From positions 352,001 through 416,000 of the IMG/VR virus record IMGVR_UViG_3300037484_000435: a DNA stretch of 64,000 bases. One strand, 5' to 3'. The notes beneath the pieces are model-generated. The model was not told the origin of the DNA. It ran no database searches and saw only the letters and a program-made list of their open reading frames with translations. Source of the stretch: a virus. Its lineage: Duplodnaviria; Caudoviricetes. Numbering within the stretch: position 1 is the stretch's first letter; every line of letters begins with the position of its first letter. The position numbers were made by a program, and so were the translations under genes. Of the stretch, positions 20,482 through 29,177 are shown piece by piece.

Positions 20482-20768
20482 TATTCGTCTCCTTCTATCT
20501 TACACAAGTTACCACATTTACTACAGATAACTATATAGGTAATCTTTGATACTGCCATCTCGTGTCCACAAGATTCACACGCGATACCATAACTTCTGGG
20601 AAGGCGGGGCAACTTCCTATTATTACCTATCTGTACTGGCAATTCTGGACCATAAACATCCGCCCATTTCCGGTGTTTGTGGATCATATCACGCCTTTTT
20701 TTGGTCATCTTGGTCCTATCTTCATCGAACATTTCACCCAGACTGGATGATTTTACTATATTTGCCAT
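20481..20768 (-). CDS. Small zinc-ribbon protein
   Basis: CESCG...CSKCG. Confidence 0.6.
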   Translation of the reverse strand: MANIVKSSSLGEMFDEDRTKMTKKRRDMIHKHRKWADVYGPELPVQIGNNRKLPRLPRSYGIACESCGHEMAVSKITYIVICSKCGNLCKIEGDE

Positions 20769-20772
20769 ATTT

Positions 20773-21048
20773 TTATCCCTTCGCTCTCATTGAATTTTGT
20801 AATGCCTTTAATTCACTAGTTAACTGGTTGACCTGGCTAGCCACGTCTCCCAGAAATTCCTTCTCCCTCCTGGCCTTACTATGCCACTCTTCTGTTGGAT
20901 AAATTTCTATTATAACAGCACTACACCCCTCAGGGCGTTGGTGAGGAGGAACATCCTCCAATTTCTCTTTTAGGGCCCACACAATGGAACCTTCATCATC
21001 AAACCACGCATAACCAGACAGTTCTAATTTGTTTTCTATTTTAGGCAT
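20773..21048 (-). CDS. Hypothetical protein
   Basis: 91-aa ORF with GAGG SD. Confidence 0.55.
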   Translation of the reverse strand: MPKIENKLELSGYAWFDDEGSIVWALKEKLEDVPPHQRPEGCSAVIIEIYPTEEWHSKARREKEFLGDVASQVNQLTSELKALQNSMRAKG

Positions 21049-21049
21049 G

Positions 21050-21724
21050 TTACTCTCCTCCTACCACCTTTAATTTTGGATATTGTCCAACTTTACCTGG
21101 AATTAAGTTTAATTCACCTGAGGCTAGGTCTTCGTCGAACCTCCCAACATGCAACCGGGCGTGACAGATCTTACAGAGATAGATACATTTCTCCAATTCT
21201 GGAACAACAATAGAATCCCAATCTTTGGCTGACAACAATGAAATTTGACTCTCTTTAGTAGAAGGATCAAGATGATGACACTCATAAATTTCATAATCTG
21301 TTGATTCTAATTTACAAATGTAACACTGATCACCAAAGTAGTCACCTACCCTAGCACTAAATTTTTGATGTATTTCCTTTAAACGCCGATTATTTTTTAG
21401 ACGACAAAGGTTGCACATTTTATGATTTTCTTCTGCTGGAGATCCACACCGTGTACATCTCCCTTCCTGAATGTATTTTCTGGTCAACTCACCGCTGGAT
21501 TTATTGTGTCTGGTTGAACAATATTCACATCTTGTTTTACCTTCAATTCTATTGTTTGTACCACACTCATTACATATTTGATTATTCTTCCAGACAATTC
21601 TACGGGCTCTCATGCTTTTAGCATTACACTCCTTACACCAACTATGAAGCCCGTCTTTACATTGTTTGGATTTACAAAACTCACCTACATCTTTGGTTAT
21701 CCCACACTTAGGGCATAACTTCAT
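21050..21724 (-). CDS. Multi-zinc-finger HNH endonuclease
   Basis: CPKC..CKEC N-terminus, several CxxC pairs, CHHLDP...CIYLCKICHARLH. Confidence 0.75.
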   Translation of the reverse strand: MKLCPKCGITKDVGEFCKSKQCKDGLHSWCKECNAKSMRARRIVWKNNQICNECGTNNRIEGKTRCEYCSTRHNKSSGELTRKYIQEGRCTRCGSPAEENHKMCNLCRLKNNRRLKEIHQKFSARVGDYFGDQCYICKLESTDYEIYECHHLDPSTKESQISLLSAKDWDSIVVPELEKCIYLCKICHARLHVGRFDEDLASGELNLIPGKVGQYPKLKVVGGE

Positions 21725-21728
21725 TATC

Positions 21729-22766
21729 TTACTCCTCTAGCTCCATTTGAGCGTAAATCAAACAACCATTCGCGACACTTCGAAGCGGATCTGGATTGGT
21801 TGCTCTACGAATATCACCTATCTCAAATGGAAAATTCTTTGACATAAGTGCAAAGGACATCTTTTCTAGATAGCCCTCTGGTAAACAAGTTCCACCCGCT
21901 ACTACGATAGGAATCTTCGACTCAAATCTGGGCATTTGTGTTAAATCTGTAAATTTCTTTTCCAAAGCATCTACCACATAATTTATAAGTGCATCATAAT
22001 AAATAGAAATTGCTTTCTGTAGTTTATCCTGCGGATTTAACAAATTTATACCAGATTCTTTTTCTGCCTGCACAATTGTTTCTGAAATTTTTTGTTGTTT
22101 AGCAACTGATTTATCTATGTAATCCCCACCACTAGCAATACTAAAAGAGATAAGGTTCTCTCCCATGTGGGTCAAAGAAAGATTGTGCATCCCGGCACCC
22201 GCTGATATTACGATTCCCGTGAGGTCATCATCCAAGAGTTCCGAATAGGCCAGTGCCATGGACTCCAACAACGGCATAGGTTTATAACCTAAACCCGTTA
22301 AAATCTCTGCCATACGGTTCTTGTGGTAGATTATATCGAAGTCTTCATCTACAGGATCCGCAGGGAATGTATACACACAAAGTTCTCCTGCTTTAGAGGC
22401 CCTGCCAACAACTGACTCTATCAACTTAGAAAGCATGCCGAATGTGTTTGCTTCACTATCGCTAAGTACGCCCTTTTTAAGGGGACGCTCCACAGGCTGC
22501 AACCTAATGTTCGCTAGGGAAATTGCGTGTTCTCCTACTATGTAAAATCGGCCCTCTTCTTTTAAAGTAAACGCTCCCTTCTGTTTAAGCATCTGCTCTA
22601 TCATTTTGGTGTTTGCTTTACCCTGTGGAATCATAACGAAGAAGGCATCCCGCTCCGATCTAAACTCCACCTGTCCGTCCTCTTTCATCCGAGCAACTTG
22701 CAAGAATGATGTTCCGACGTCTAGACCCACTCCCAACTTATAATTATTCTCCATAATCTCCTCCAA
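21729..22766 (-). CDS. Actin-like ATPase (MreB/ParM/MamK superfamily)
   Basis: Phosphate1 GLDVGTS, connect1 ESMALA, phosphate2 ISAGAGMHN, GGDYID, adenosine VAGGTCL, connect2 SVANGC. Confidence 0.85.
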   Translation of the reverse strand: MEEIMENNYKLGVGLDVGTSFLQVARMKEDGQVEFRSERDAFFVMIPQGKANTKMIEQMLKQKGAFTLKEEGRFYIVGEHAISLANIRLQPVERPLKKGVLSDSEANTFGMLSKLIESVVGRASKAGELCVYTFPADPVDEDFDIIYHKNRMAEILTGLGYKPMPLLESMALAYSELLDDDLTGIVISAGAGMHNLSLTHMGENLISFSIASGGDYIDKSVAKQQKISETIVQAEKESGINLLNPQDKLQKAISIYYDALINYVVDALEKKFTDLTQMPRFESKIPIVVAGGTCLPEGYLEKMSFALMSKNFPFEIGDIRRATNPDPLRSVANGCLIYAQMELEE

Positions 22767-22770
22767 AGTT

Positions 22771-23250
22771 TTAACCTCTCTTCCTTAATTTCTTTAGTTT
22801 TTCAACTTGACTAGTAATATTCTGTCCTTGTGTTACGGTTCCTACAGCGTCTCCAACTGCCTCTATTCCACTTGTATCGATCACATTCACATCAATATCC
22901 TCTAATTTTATAAAGTCTTTCTTTTTAGGTTCAATTTCTTTGCCATTTGGCTCCACAGGAACCTCTCTAATTACCTCCCTTATTACCTCTGGCTGTGCAT
23001 TCATCTTGTCTATCACTTTTTGCTGTTCCAGTATAATCTGGGATAGCTGGTCAATCTTCTTACTTTGATCCAGTGATATCTCTGTCTGTTTAGAAAGTAT
23101 TTCTAATATTTCTTTACTAGGATCGTTTATTATTTCCGCTGGAATCATCTGGGGCTCGGGTAGACCAAGCTTCTTCGCCCGTAAGCGTTCTTCTCTGCGT
23201 ACCTTACGTTTTTCTTCATTATCATTTTCCCAATACATAAATAACACCAT
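22771..23250 (-). CDS. Hypothetical coiled-coil protein
   Basis: 159-aa ORF in operon context. Confidence 0.55.
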   Translation of the reverse strand: MVLFMYWENDNEEKRKVRREERLRAKKLGLPEPQMIPAEIINDPSKEILEILSKQTEISLDQSKKIDQLSQIILEQQKVIDKMNAQPEVIREVIREVPVEPNGKEIEPKKKDFIKLEDIDVNVIDTSGIEAVGDAVGTVTQGQNITSQVEKLKKLRKRG

Positions 23251-23254
23251 ACCA

Positions 23255-23599
23255 TTATATTTCTATTCCAAACTTAATCTGTAACACCGCGTCTATAATA
23301 CTAGTTATGACCAAACCTATATAGGATGAGAAGGAACCTAACAGGCCTCCATAAAAAAGGTCCCAAAAAGGGTCTATCTTAAACACATCAAAACCAGTCC
23401 AAGTAATGAATACTCCCGACCAAAAACCTACACATATAACACACATTACCAGTTGGCACAACTTTTTAAGAAACAGGGACTCCTTATTTTTCTCATAAAG
23501 ATTTACAATAAATTCCCGTGCCTCCTGAAAAACTTTCTGCTCAACAATGATGCTAGACATCCAAAATGATATAATCATAAATAAAAAAATACTAAGCAT
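23255..23599 (-). CDS. Membrane protein, DUF1360-like
   Basis: Three hydrophobic segments and a CVICVGFW motif. Confidence 0.6.
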   Translation of the reverse strand: MLSIFLFMIISFWMSSIIVEQKVFQEAREFIVNLYEKNKESLFLKKLCQLVMCVICVGFWSGVFITWTGFDVFKIDPFWDLFYGGLLGSFSSYIGLVITSIIDAVLQIKFGIEI

Positions 23600-24312
23600 T
23601 ATGTTAAAACCTCTATCCCATTATTCTGTATATAAACAGTATCTTCCGCATGAGCACTAAGTTCATCCGAAGTTATCGTCCACCTGTGGTCAAAAAATAA
23701 TCTACGAATCGGGTAACCATATACTATAGGTTCTATAGTAATAAATTGTCCCTCATTAATAGATTCTTCAGACCTATTATTATAGTTGGGAATCATAGGT
23801 GATTCATGCATCTGGTCCCCTATCCCGTGCCCGTGAAAATAATTACAGGCCCTAAATTTGGGGTCTTGTTCCAAAACAGCTTGAATTAAACCCCCTAAAT
23901 CACCTACACCCATTCCTGCATAGATTTTATTAGATACTGTTGGGACCACACTCATAACTAAGCTGGCTAATTTATGTTTAAGTTCTTCCGCCGAAGGCAT
24001 CGCAATAGTTCGAGCCTTATCAACAAAAACACCTTTATAGCATATCGACATATCTACAGATATTATATGGTCATCCTGAACAACCCTATCTGGGTAACCT
24101 TGTACCACCTCATAATCTATACTGACACTCATATTAAAGGGGAAACCTGCTAACAATAACCCCGATATGGCTCCTCGATCTGCTAAGAACCTACCCACCT
24201 CGATGTTAAGGGCACCTAAATCCTTACCTGCACGGAGGTCACAAAAAATAAGGCCAAAGGCGTCGTTGAGAACGCCCCCAGCCTCTTTCATAATCTCGTA
24301 TTTAGTTTTCAT
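23599..24312 (-). CDS. map: Methionine aminopeptidase (M24)
   Basis: VDMSICYKGVFVDKART, HGHGIG..MHESP, IEP and HAEDT metal ligands. Confidence 0.85.
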   Translation of the reverse strand: MKTKYEIMKEAGGVLNDAFGLIFCDLRAGKDLGALNIEVGRFLADRGAISGLLLAGFPFNMSVSIDYEVVQGYPDRVVQDDHIISVDMSICYKGVFVDKARTIAMPSAEELKHKLASLVMSVVPTVSNKIYAGMGVGDLGGLIQAVLEQDPKFRACNYFHGHGIGDQMHESPMIPNYNNRSEESINEGQFITIEPIVYGYPIRRLFFDHRWTITSDELSAHAEDTVYIQNNGIEVLT

Positions 24313-24472
24313 CTTCCGAATTACGTGAAATAAAATTCGCGTAATCTATCGGTCTAATTCTAGGCGGTTTACGCTCTAAAGCCTCAGACCTAGCTCTACA
24401 TCTCCTACATTGGCAAGTTTCTCCATGACGTTCTTTTTTGTCACGTGATCCGTTCAATCTACCTTTGCCCAT
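24302..24472 (-). CDS. 56-aa basic protein with CxCxxC
   Basis: Hand translation MGKGRLNGSRDKKERHGETCQCRRCRARSE...; fills the gap with tight coupling. Confidence 0.5.
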   Translation of the reverse strand: MGKGRLNGSRDKKERHGETCQCRRCRARSEALERKPPRIRPIDYANFISRNSEDEN

Positions 24473-24474
24473 AC

Positions 24475-24741
24475 TTAAATCTGCCCCTCCAACCTATTTC
24501 TTTCTCGTAATTCCTTAACCAAATAACGGTTAGGCCACAATTCAAGCCATTTTCGGTTAGACCCACTACGTGCGTCAGCCTGAGTCAAACTCTCTGGCCG
24601 AAACCTTCGTGCCTCTAATTTTCTAGCATTAGAATCCCCCCGAACCTCATAAGGATTATCAGGATCGAAGACATTAACTTCGGGAAGTTCCCACTCTCGG
24701 GCCATTTTAACATACCTCCTAAAATGGTGATAACTATTCAT
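24475..24741 (-). CDS. Hypothetical protein
   Basis: ORF track. Confidence 0.5.
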   Translation of the reverse strand: MNSYHHFRRYVKMAREWELPEVNVFDPDNPYEVRGDSNARKLEARRFRPESLTQADARSGSNRKWLELWPNRYLVKELRERNRLEGQI

Positions 24742-25183
24742 TATGAGGCAATATGTTAGTTAATGCTTCTCGTTGCACGCAACTTTCGCACCACTCCACT
24801 CCATAATGAGTGTCCACTATCGTCGAACAAGGCCGACAAATTGTCCTACCACAGCACTCACACATTGTGCCATCGGTCTGATTATAAATTCCACTACAAA
24901 CTGGACAATAATCAGCAAGAGTTATGGTGCCCGAAGTTGCTAAAGTAATACAACCTGAGTAAGAAGTTAGAACCTTAGAATAGCCAAGGGTGGACAACCA
25001 CTGCTCACCGTGAGAACTTAACAACCAGTGTTTCACATACGTTATTGCTTGCTCCGACACATCCTCACTAGTAAAAGAAGTCAACCCATTGTACTTAGCA
25101 AAATTCCTTGTAATCTCTAATTGTTCAACAACATACTCTAGAGCATTGTGGTAGTATAAACGGTCAGTCGCATCTATAATCAT
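24734..25183 (-). CDS. Hypothetical protein with C-terminal Cys-rich zinc finger
   Basis: CPVC...CECC...CRPC...CESC. Confidence 0.55.
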   Translation of the reverse strand: MIIDATDRLYYHNALEYVVEQLEITRNFAKYNGLTSFTSEDVSEQAITYVKHWLLSSHGEQWLSTLGYSKVLTSYSGCITLATSGTITLADYCPVCSGIYNQTDGTMCECCGRTICRPCSTIVDTHYGVEWCESCVQREALTNILPHNE

Positions 25184-26076
25184 TTATTTAATCCTGCCAT
25201 TACGTTTAATTCTCCTTTTATACACTTTATTAATCGATTCAAATCCAACATTATTTGGGGAAATTTTAAAGAAAATGATTCCGCCAACCTAGATGTAAAT
25301 ACTATGACTCTATCTAGCCCATAATGTTCCATACGTTTTCCACATGCGATTTGTCTACGTTGAAACCAAGTAGGGTTTTTAGTTAAACACATCGTATCTC
25401 GGACCCTAAGTAATGTAAACACCAAGCCCCAGAGTACTGCCGAACTCAATCTTGGGTTCTCATTTAACTTGTCTAAAAACTCAGCGTACTCCCCATCTAT
25501 GAAATGGTTTACAATAACAGTCTCTTCCGACACGGAAAGCCTCCCACATATCAGGGCAAAATCCTGATAAGATAGGGACTGTACATAAGCTTGGTCTAAA
25601 AAAGACAACATTTTTGCCGTGTTAGTTATGGCCACCATATCATAACCACATGACACACATATAAACTTTGTGTAAACTGTTGGTAAATTAACACTTAACT
25701 GGGTCAAATATTGCTGACAAAACGCTTCTATTTGATTTGGAAAAAAGTCACTACAAATAATTTCACAAAATCCTAGAGATTTATATTTCTGTGTAATCTT
25801 TTTTGATGAAATCTTAATTACAAAATTAAGACCCTCTTTGGGTTCAACCTTATTACCAAATATGTAAGCAATAAGTTTGGGGCCAAATATTGTATAATTA
25901 CCATAAACTTTTAAATCAGATGATTTGGTCACATTTACAGCTTCTGTGACGCCCCAACCTTGTATCAATTTATCAATTACCAGCCCGCGGACAAAAGTAT
26001 TCTCTCCACTGAGGAAAACCTTGTTAATATTAGGTAACTCTTTTTGTAGGAACTCGGACGCATACATTACATACAA
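25180..26076 (-). CDS. DNA polymerase III delta-like clamp-loader subunit
   Basis: Adjacent to dnaX; VFLSGENTF degenerate AAA+ start; size typical of HolA-like proteins. Confidence 0.55.
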   Translation of the reverse strand: MYVMYASEFLQKELPNINKVFLSGENTFVRGLVIDKLIQGWGVTEAVNVTKSSDLKVYGNYTIFGPKLIAYIFGNKVEPKEGLNFVIKISSKKITQKYKSLGFCEIICSDFFPNQIEAFCQQYLTQLSVNLPTVYTKFICVSCGYDMVAITNTAKMLSFLDQAYVQSLSYQDFALICGRLSVSEETVIVNHFIDGEYAEFLDKLNENPRLSSAVLWGLVFTLLRVRDTMCLTKNPTWFQRRQIACGKRMEHYGLDRVIVFTSRLAESFSLKFPQIMLDLNRLIKCIKGELNVMAGLNK

Positions 26077-27161
26077 ATCTCCAAAGCAATCAATTGAAGC
26101 ATAAATTTTTTGTTATTACTAGAATTAAACTGGTCCGTGCGTCGGGCTAAGACGTCAGAAATATATAGAATACGTGGAATACCTATAGATTTGAAACACG
26201 CTATATACTGGTCTATGTAAAGAGGTTGGCCACCCGAGGAGACCAAAAGCAGATTAGACACAGCATCAACTATACCATCATTAAACAAAGTGTCAGGATC
26301 GACCCCCGACTCTAATATCTCCTGTAAAACCGCCCATAAACCTTTAGAATCCTTATTAGCCACACAATCCAAAATAGCAAAGGCCTTAGCTGAGTCCATC
26401 GAGCCGATAGAGAATAAGGCTGACTCTTGATTCCACCCCTTTTCCTTGCAATAAGGTATCACCTTTTCCAATAAGGTTAGGGCGTCCCTCATAGAATTCT
26501 TAGAAGCAAACGCAACTACCGCTGCCGCTTCCTTTATATCTTTGACCTTAATACCCTTCTCTTTAATTTGTTTTTTTATTATCTCAATAATATAGTCGGC
26601 TATAACTCCAGTCGGAATGCTCTTTAAATCCAAGGACACCAATCTAGATTTTATAGTGTCAGGGATTTTTGCTTTGTTCGTTGTACAAAAAATCCAAACT
26701 AAATGGGAAGGGGGCTCCTCTAAGACCTTCAGAAGGGCGTCCCACGAGGATTGTGACTTACCGAGACCTTGGGCCTCATCAACAATAAAAACCTTGTAGT
26801 TGCCCGCTATAGGCGTTAGCATCGCATGGTCCATTAACTTACGAATATCCTCGATGTTTCCATTTGTGGACCCACTCACCTCCATAATGTCTGGGTGATG
26901 CCCCGCAAGAGACATCTTACAACTCTCACACTCATTACAAGGTTCATAACCGTTCTGCCTATTCTGACAGTCCAACGTGCGGGCGAAAATACGGGCTAAG
27001 GTAGTTTTACCTAAACCTCTAACCCCAGATAGAAGTATACCCGCAGGTACACGATTAGCAGTAAGCATGCTCTTAAGAACTAAAGTTACTTGATCGTTGT
27101 ATATAACGTCTTCGAATTTAATCGGCCTTAATTGTGTTGCTAGATTGAGATACCGTTCCAT
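26067..27161 (-). CDS. dnaX: DNA polymerase III gamma/tau clamp-loader subunit
   Basis: RPIKFEDV, GVRGLGKTT, PCNECESC zinc module, VFIVDEA, LLKVLEEPP, TIKSR. Confidence 0.9.
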   Translation of the reverse strand: MERYLNLATQLRPIKFEDVIYNDQVTLVLKSMLTANRVPAGILLSGVRGLGKTTLARIFARTLDCQNRQNGYEPCNECESCKMSLAGHHPDIMEVSGSTNGNIEDIRKLMDHAMLTPIAGNYKVFIVDEAQGLGKSQSSWDALLKVLEEPPSHLVWIFCTTNKAKIPDTIKSRLVSLDLKSIPTGVIADYIIEIIKKQIKEKGIKVKDIKEAAAVVAFASKNSMRDALTLLEKVIPYCKEKGWNQESALFSIGSMDSAKAFAILDCVANKDSKGLWAVLQEILESGVDPDTLFNDGIVDAVSNLLLVSSGGQPLYIDQYIACFKSIGIPRILYISDVLARRTDQFNSSNNKKFMLQLIALEICM

Positions 27162-27531
27162 TTACATTCCAGTCCGTAAAGATATAGGTTGGCTTACCTT
27201 GCTTCATCGCAAGGTCGATTGTGTGTTTGGTTCCTTTAGATTGACCATCCCAAAAAGCTGCTATCATATCAGAGTAATCTACTATCTCTATATTCCTTTT
27301 ATATCCAGCAGACCTATCGTAAACACCGTTTACTCTCCATTTAGCAGGAAATACTTTCCAGTCGTGACCCTCTTCTTTAGCATAATCTATTGCTAGAGAA
27401 TCTGCACCCTGAGCCCCGCCAGAAACAATGGTACACTTCCACACCCAATAGGAACGGAGTAAATCATCTAATAGCCTTTTCATATAGGGATAGTCATTAA
27501 ACGTTCGCGATCCCACCACTCCTAATTTCAT
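27118..27531 (-). CDS. SLOG-family (DUF2493/YspA-like) protein
   Basis: GVVGSRTF, VSGGAQGAD, AGYKRN, AFWDGQSKGT. Confidence 0.8.
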   Translation of the reverse strand: MKLGVVGSRTFNDYPYMKRLLDDLLRSYWVWKCTIVSGGAQGADSLAIDYAKEEGHDWKVFPAKWRVNGVYDRSAGYKRNIEIVDYSDMIAAFWDGQSKGTKHTIDLAMKQGKPTYIFTDWNVNGTVSQSSNTIKAD

Positions 27532-28544
27532 TATGTTGGTCCCCAACCGCGTTTCTTAAGATATTCAACTGCCTTTTCCATATCACCTTTAGACTTCATC
27601 AAGGCTTCCCTACAATATATTTTGGGCTCACCAGTCCTATCCCTCAGGTCCTTTATCTTTGCTGTAGTAGCATAATCGTATATATCAATATCTTTGAGTT
27701 CTGGTAATTTTAATTCAGAAAAATATTTGTCATGGGCTTCACAACCGGCCTTAGATAACTGGTCTCGAAGTTTTTCGAAACCCTCTCTTGTCTTTTCTAA
27801 GGATTCTTTCATACCAACAACAAGTTCCTCAGTAGATGGCGGATTATTTACAAGATCGGCTAAAGAGAGATCCCCTGTATCCTTAGGTTTATCCCCATAA
27901 GGTCTGCTATCCCCTATATTCTCAAATTCACTGTTGAAATTTCGATAAAGAGCTTTATGGTCTTTGGCCACGTGGAACTTTTTGACATAGCCCTCTGGTA
28001 TGTCTTCACGTAACTCTACGTCTGCCCAACCATTGGGCAAAGGGTAAGCGTAATAGGGATAAGATTTGTTAGACCCACGAACGTAGGCCACGTTGATAGG
28101 AAGTCCCATCTGGTAAGCTAGACGACATCTGTGTTGCCCATCATTGATGATAAGTTTTATGTTTCCCCTACAATCAACGTACTCTTCAATTACAGGAGGG
28201 AGAATATCTATAGTCTTAATCTCAGCCACTTTACTGATATAAGGTTTGCCACCTGCTTCTATTGCAGTCTCAGTTGTATTAGAATAGTCAACTTTCAAGT
28301 AGCCATTCAATTGTAGAATATCCCACCCGAACTCGTTCATAATGTCCCACCGCAATTGTTCAATCTTCTTCAACTCACTAATAAGACAGTAACGCTGGGT
28401 TGGTGCCAAAACGGCGGGGTCAAAAGTTTCAATACTAATAAATGAATTTAGATAGGGCTGGGTGTTCCCGCCCCGTAGTTTGATATGTTTGAGTTTTTCA
28501 CACAACTCACCAGCAGATTTTGCTGAAATGTCAGAGAAGTCCAT
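27531..28544 (-). CDS. ParB/sulfiredoxin-like domain protein with C-terminal EF-Ts N-terminal (UBA-like) domain
   Basis: LPPVIEE...INDGQHRC core; C-terminal TAKIKDLRDRTGEPKIYCREALMKSKGDMEKAVEYLKKRG matches the EF-Ts N-terminal pattern (VKELRERTGAGMMDCKKAL...GD.E.A...LRK.G). Confidence 0.7.
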   Translation of the reverse strand: MDFSDISAKSAGELCEKLKHIKLRGGNTQPYLNSFISIETFDPAVLAPTQRYCLISELKKIEQLRWDIMNEFGWDILQLNGYLKVDYSNTTETAIEAGGKPYISKVAEIKTIDILPPVIEEYVDCRGNIKLIINDGQHRCRLAYQMGLPINVAYVRGSNKSYPYYAYPLPNGWADVELREDIPEGYVKKFHVAKDHKALYRNFNSEFENIGDSRPYGDKPKDTGDLSLADLVNNPPSTEELVVGMKESLEKTREGFEKLRDQLSKAGCEAHDKYFSELKLPELKDIDIYDYATTAKIKDLRDRTGEPKIYCREALMKSKGDMEKAVEYLKKRGWGPT

Positions 28545-28578
28545 TCCTTTTTTCCTTCCTTTCCTTGTTTAGTAAAGA

Positions 28579-28618
28579 TACTAGTGGGAAACTCCCCTAA
28601 GGGGTACCACCACTAGTA
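28579..28618. terminator. Intergenic stem-loop (possible terminator)
   Basis: TACTAGTGG...CCACTAGTA 9-bp stem enclosing CCCC-taa-GGGG. Confidence 0.45.
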
Positions 28619-28648
28619 ATAAATTTGAGAGATTAGCTTTTATTATCT

Positions 28649-28831
28649 TTACTTACCCAGTAGTATAAAACCACCAGATACCATAGCAAGAATAGCCAAA
28701 CCCATATAGACTAACTGTGTTGCGTAAACTGAGAGATGTAGTTGCCCGCTAACCAAAAACAAGGCACCACCAACAATCAACAAAATCGCAAGCAGTATTA
28801 GTCCAATATTTTTAATGATATCAATGTTCAT
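28649..28831 (-). CDS. Small two-TM membrane protein
   Basis: 60 aa, two hydrophobic segments, ends GFILLGK. Confidence 0.6.
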   Translation of the reverse strand: MNIDIIKNIGLILLAILLIVGGALFLVSGQLHLSVYATQLVYMGLAILAMVSGGFILLGK

Positions 28832-28844
28832 CCTTTGTTACCTC

Positions 28845-28901
28845 TTATATTAGCCGTAAAATAAGAATTACGACCAATACTATCACAAGTATTTCTAACA
28901 T
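28845..28901 (-). CDS. 18-aa hydrophobic peptide MLEILVIVLVVILILRLI
   Basis: Hand-translated; fills the gap between two small membrane genes. Confidence 0.4.
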   Translation of the reverse strand: MLEILVIVLVVILILRLI

Positions 28902-28911
28902 ATTTGCACCA

Positions 28912-29070
28912 CTATCTACCTATCAGGATTAAAATTCCTGCAACAAGTGCAACTATTCCCATCACAACATGCAGCACAGGATGCCCAACAGCAAAAACTG
29001 TACAAATACCTGGTATTACTATTAGCCAAATTGCTAATAACAAAAGTCCCCAATTTCCTTGAATAGCCAT
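28912..29070 (-). CDS. Small two-TM membrane protein
   Basis: MAIQGNWGLLLLAIWLIV...GILILIGR; AGGAG SD; likely paralog of 28649..28831. Confidence 0.6.
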   Translation of the reverse strand: MAIQGNWGLLLLAIWLIVIPGICTVFAVGHPVLHVVMGIVALVAGILILIGR

Positions 29071-29177
29071 TATCTTTCTCCTAAAGTCTATCAAGACACA
29101 CCAAGAGATCCCTAAACATTTCTGTTCCTATTATAGGAAAAAGGCTAGATCATTATTACGATTTTTTCTTGTTGGAA

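Noticed and set aside
24320-24345. 10-bp stem upstream of map as a regulatory element
   Set aside because: It lies within a coding ORF, is AT-rich and has no second copy; insufficient support
29105-29130. Additional ECF-type promoter before the small membrane genes (GGAACAG...TCTTG)
   Set aside because: Spacing and -10 element deviate from the three consistent copies
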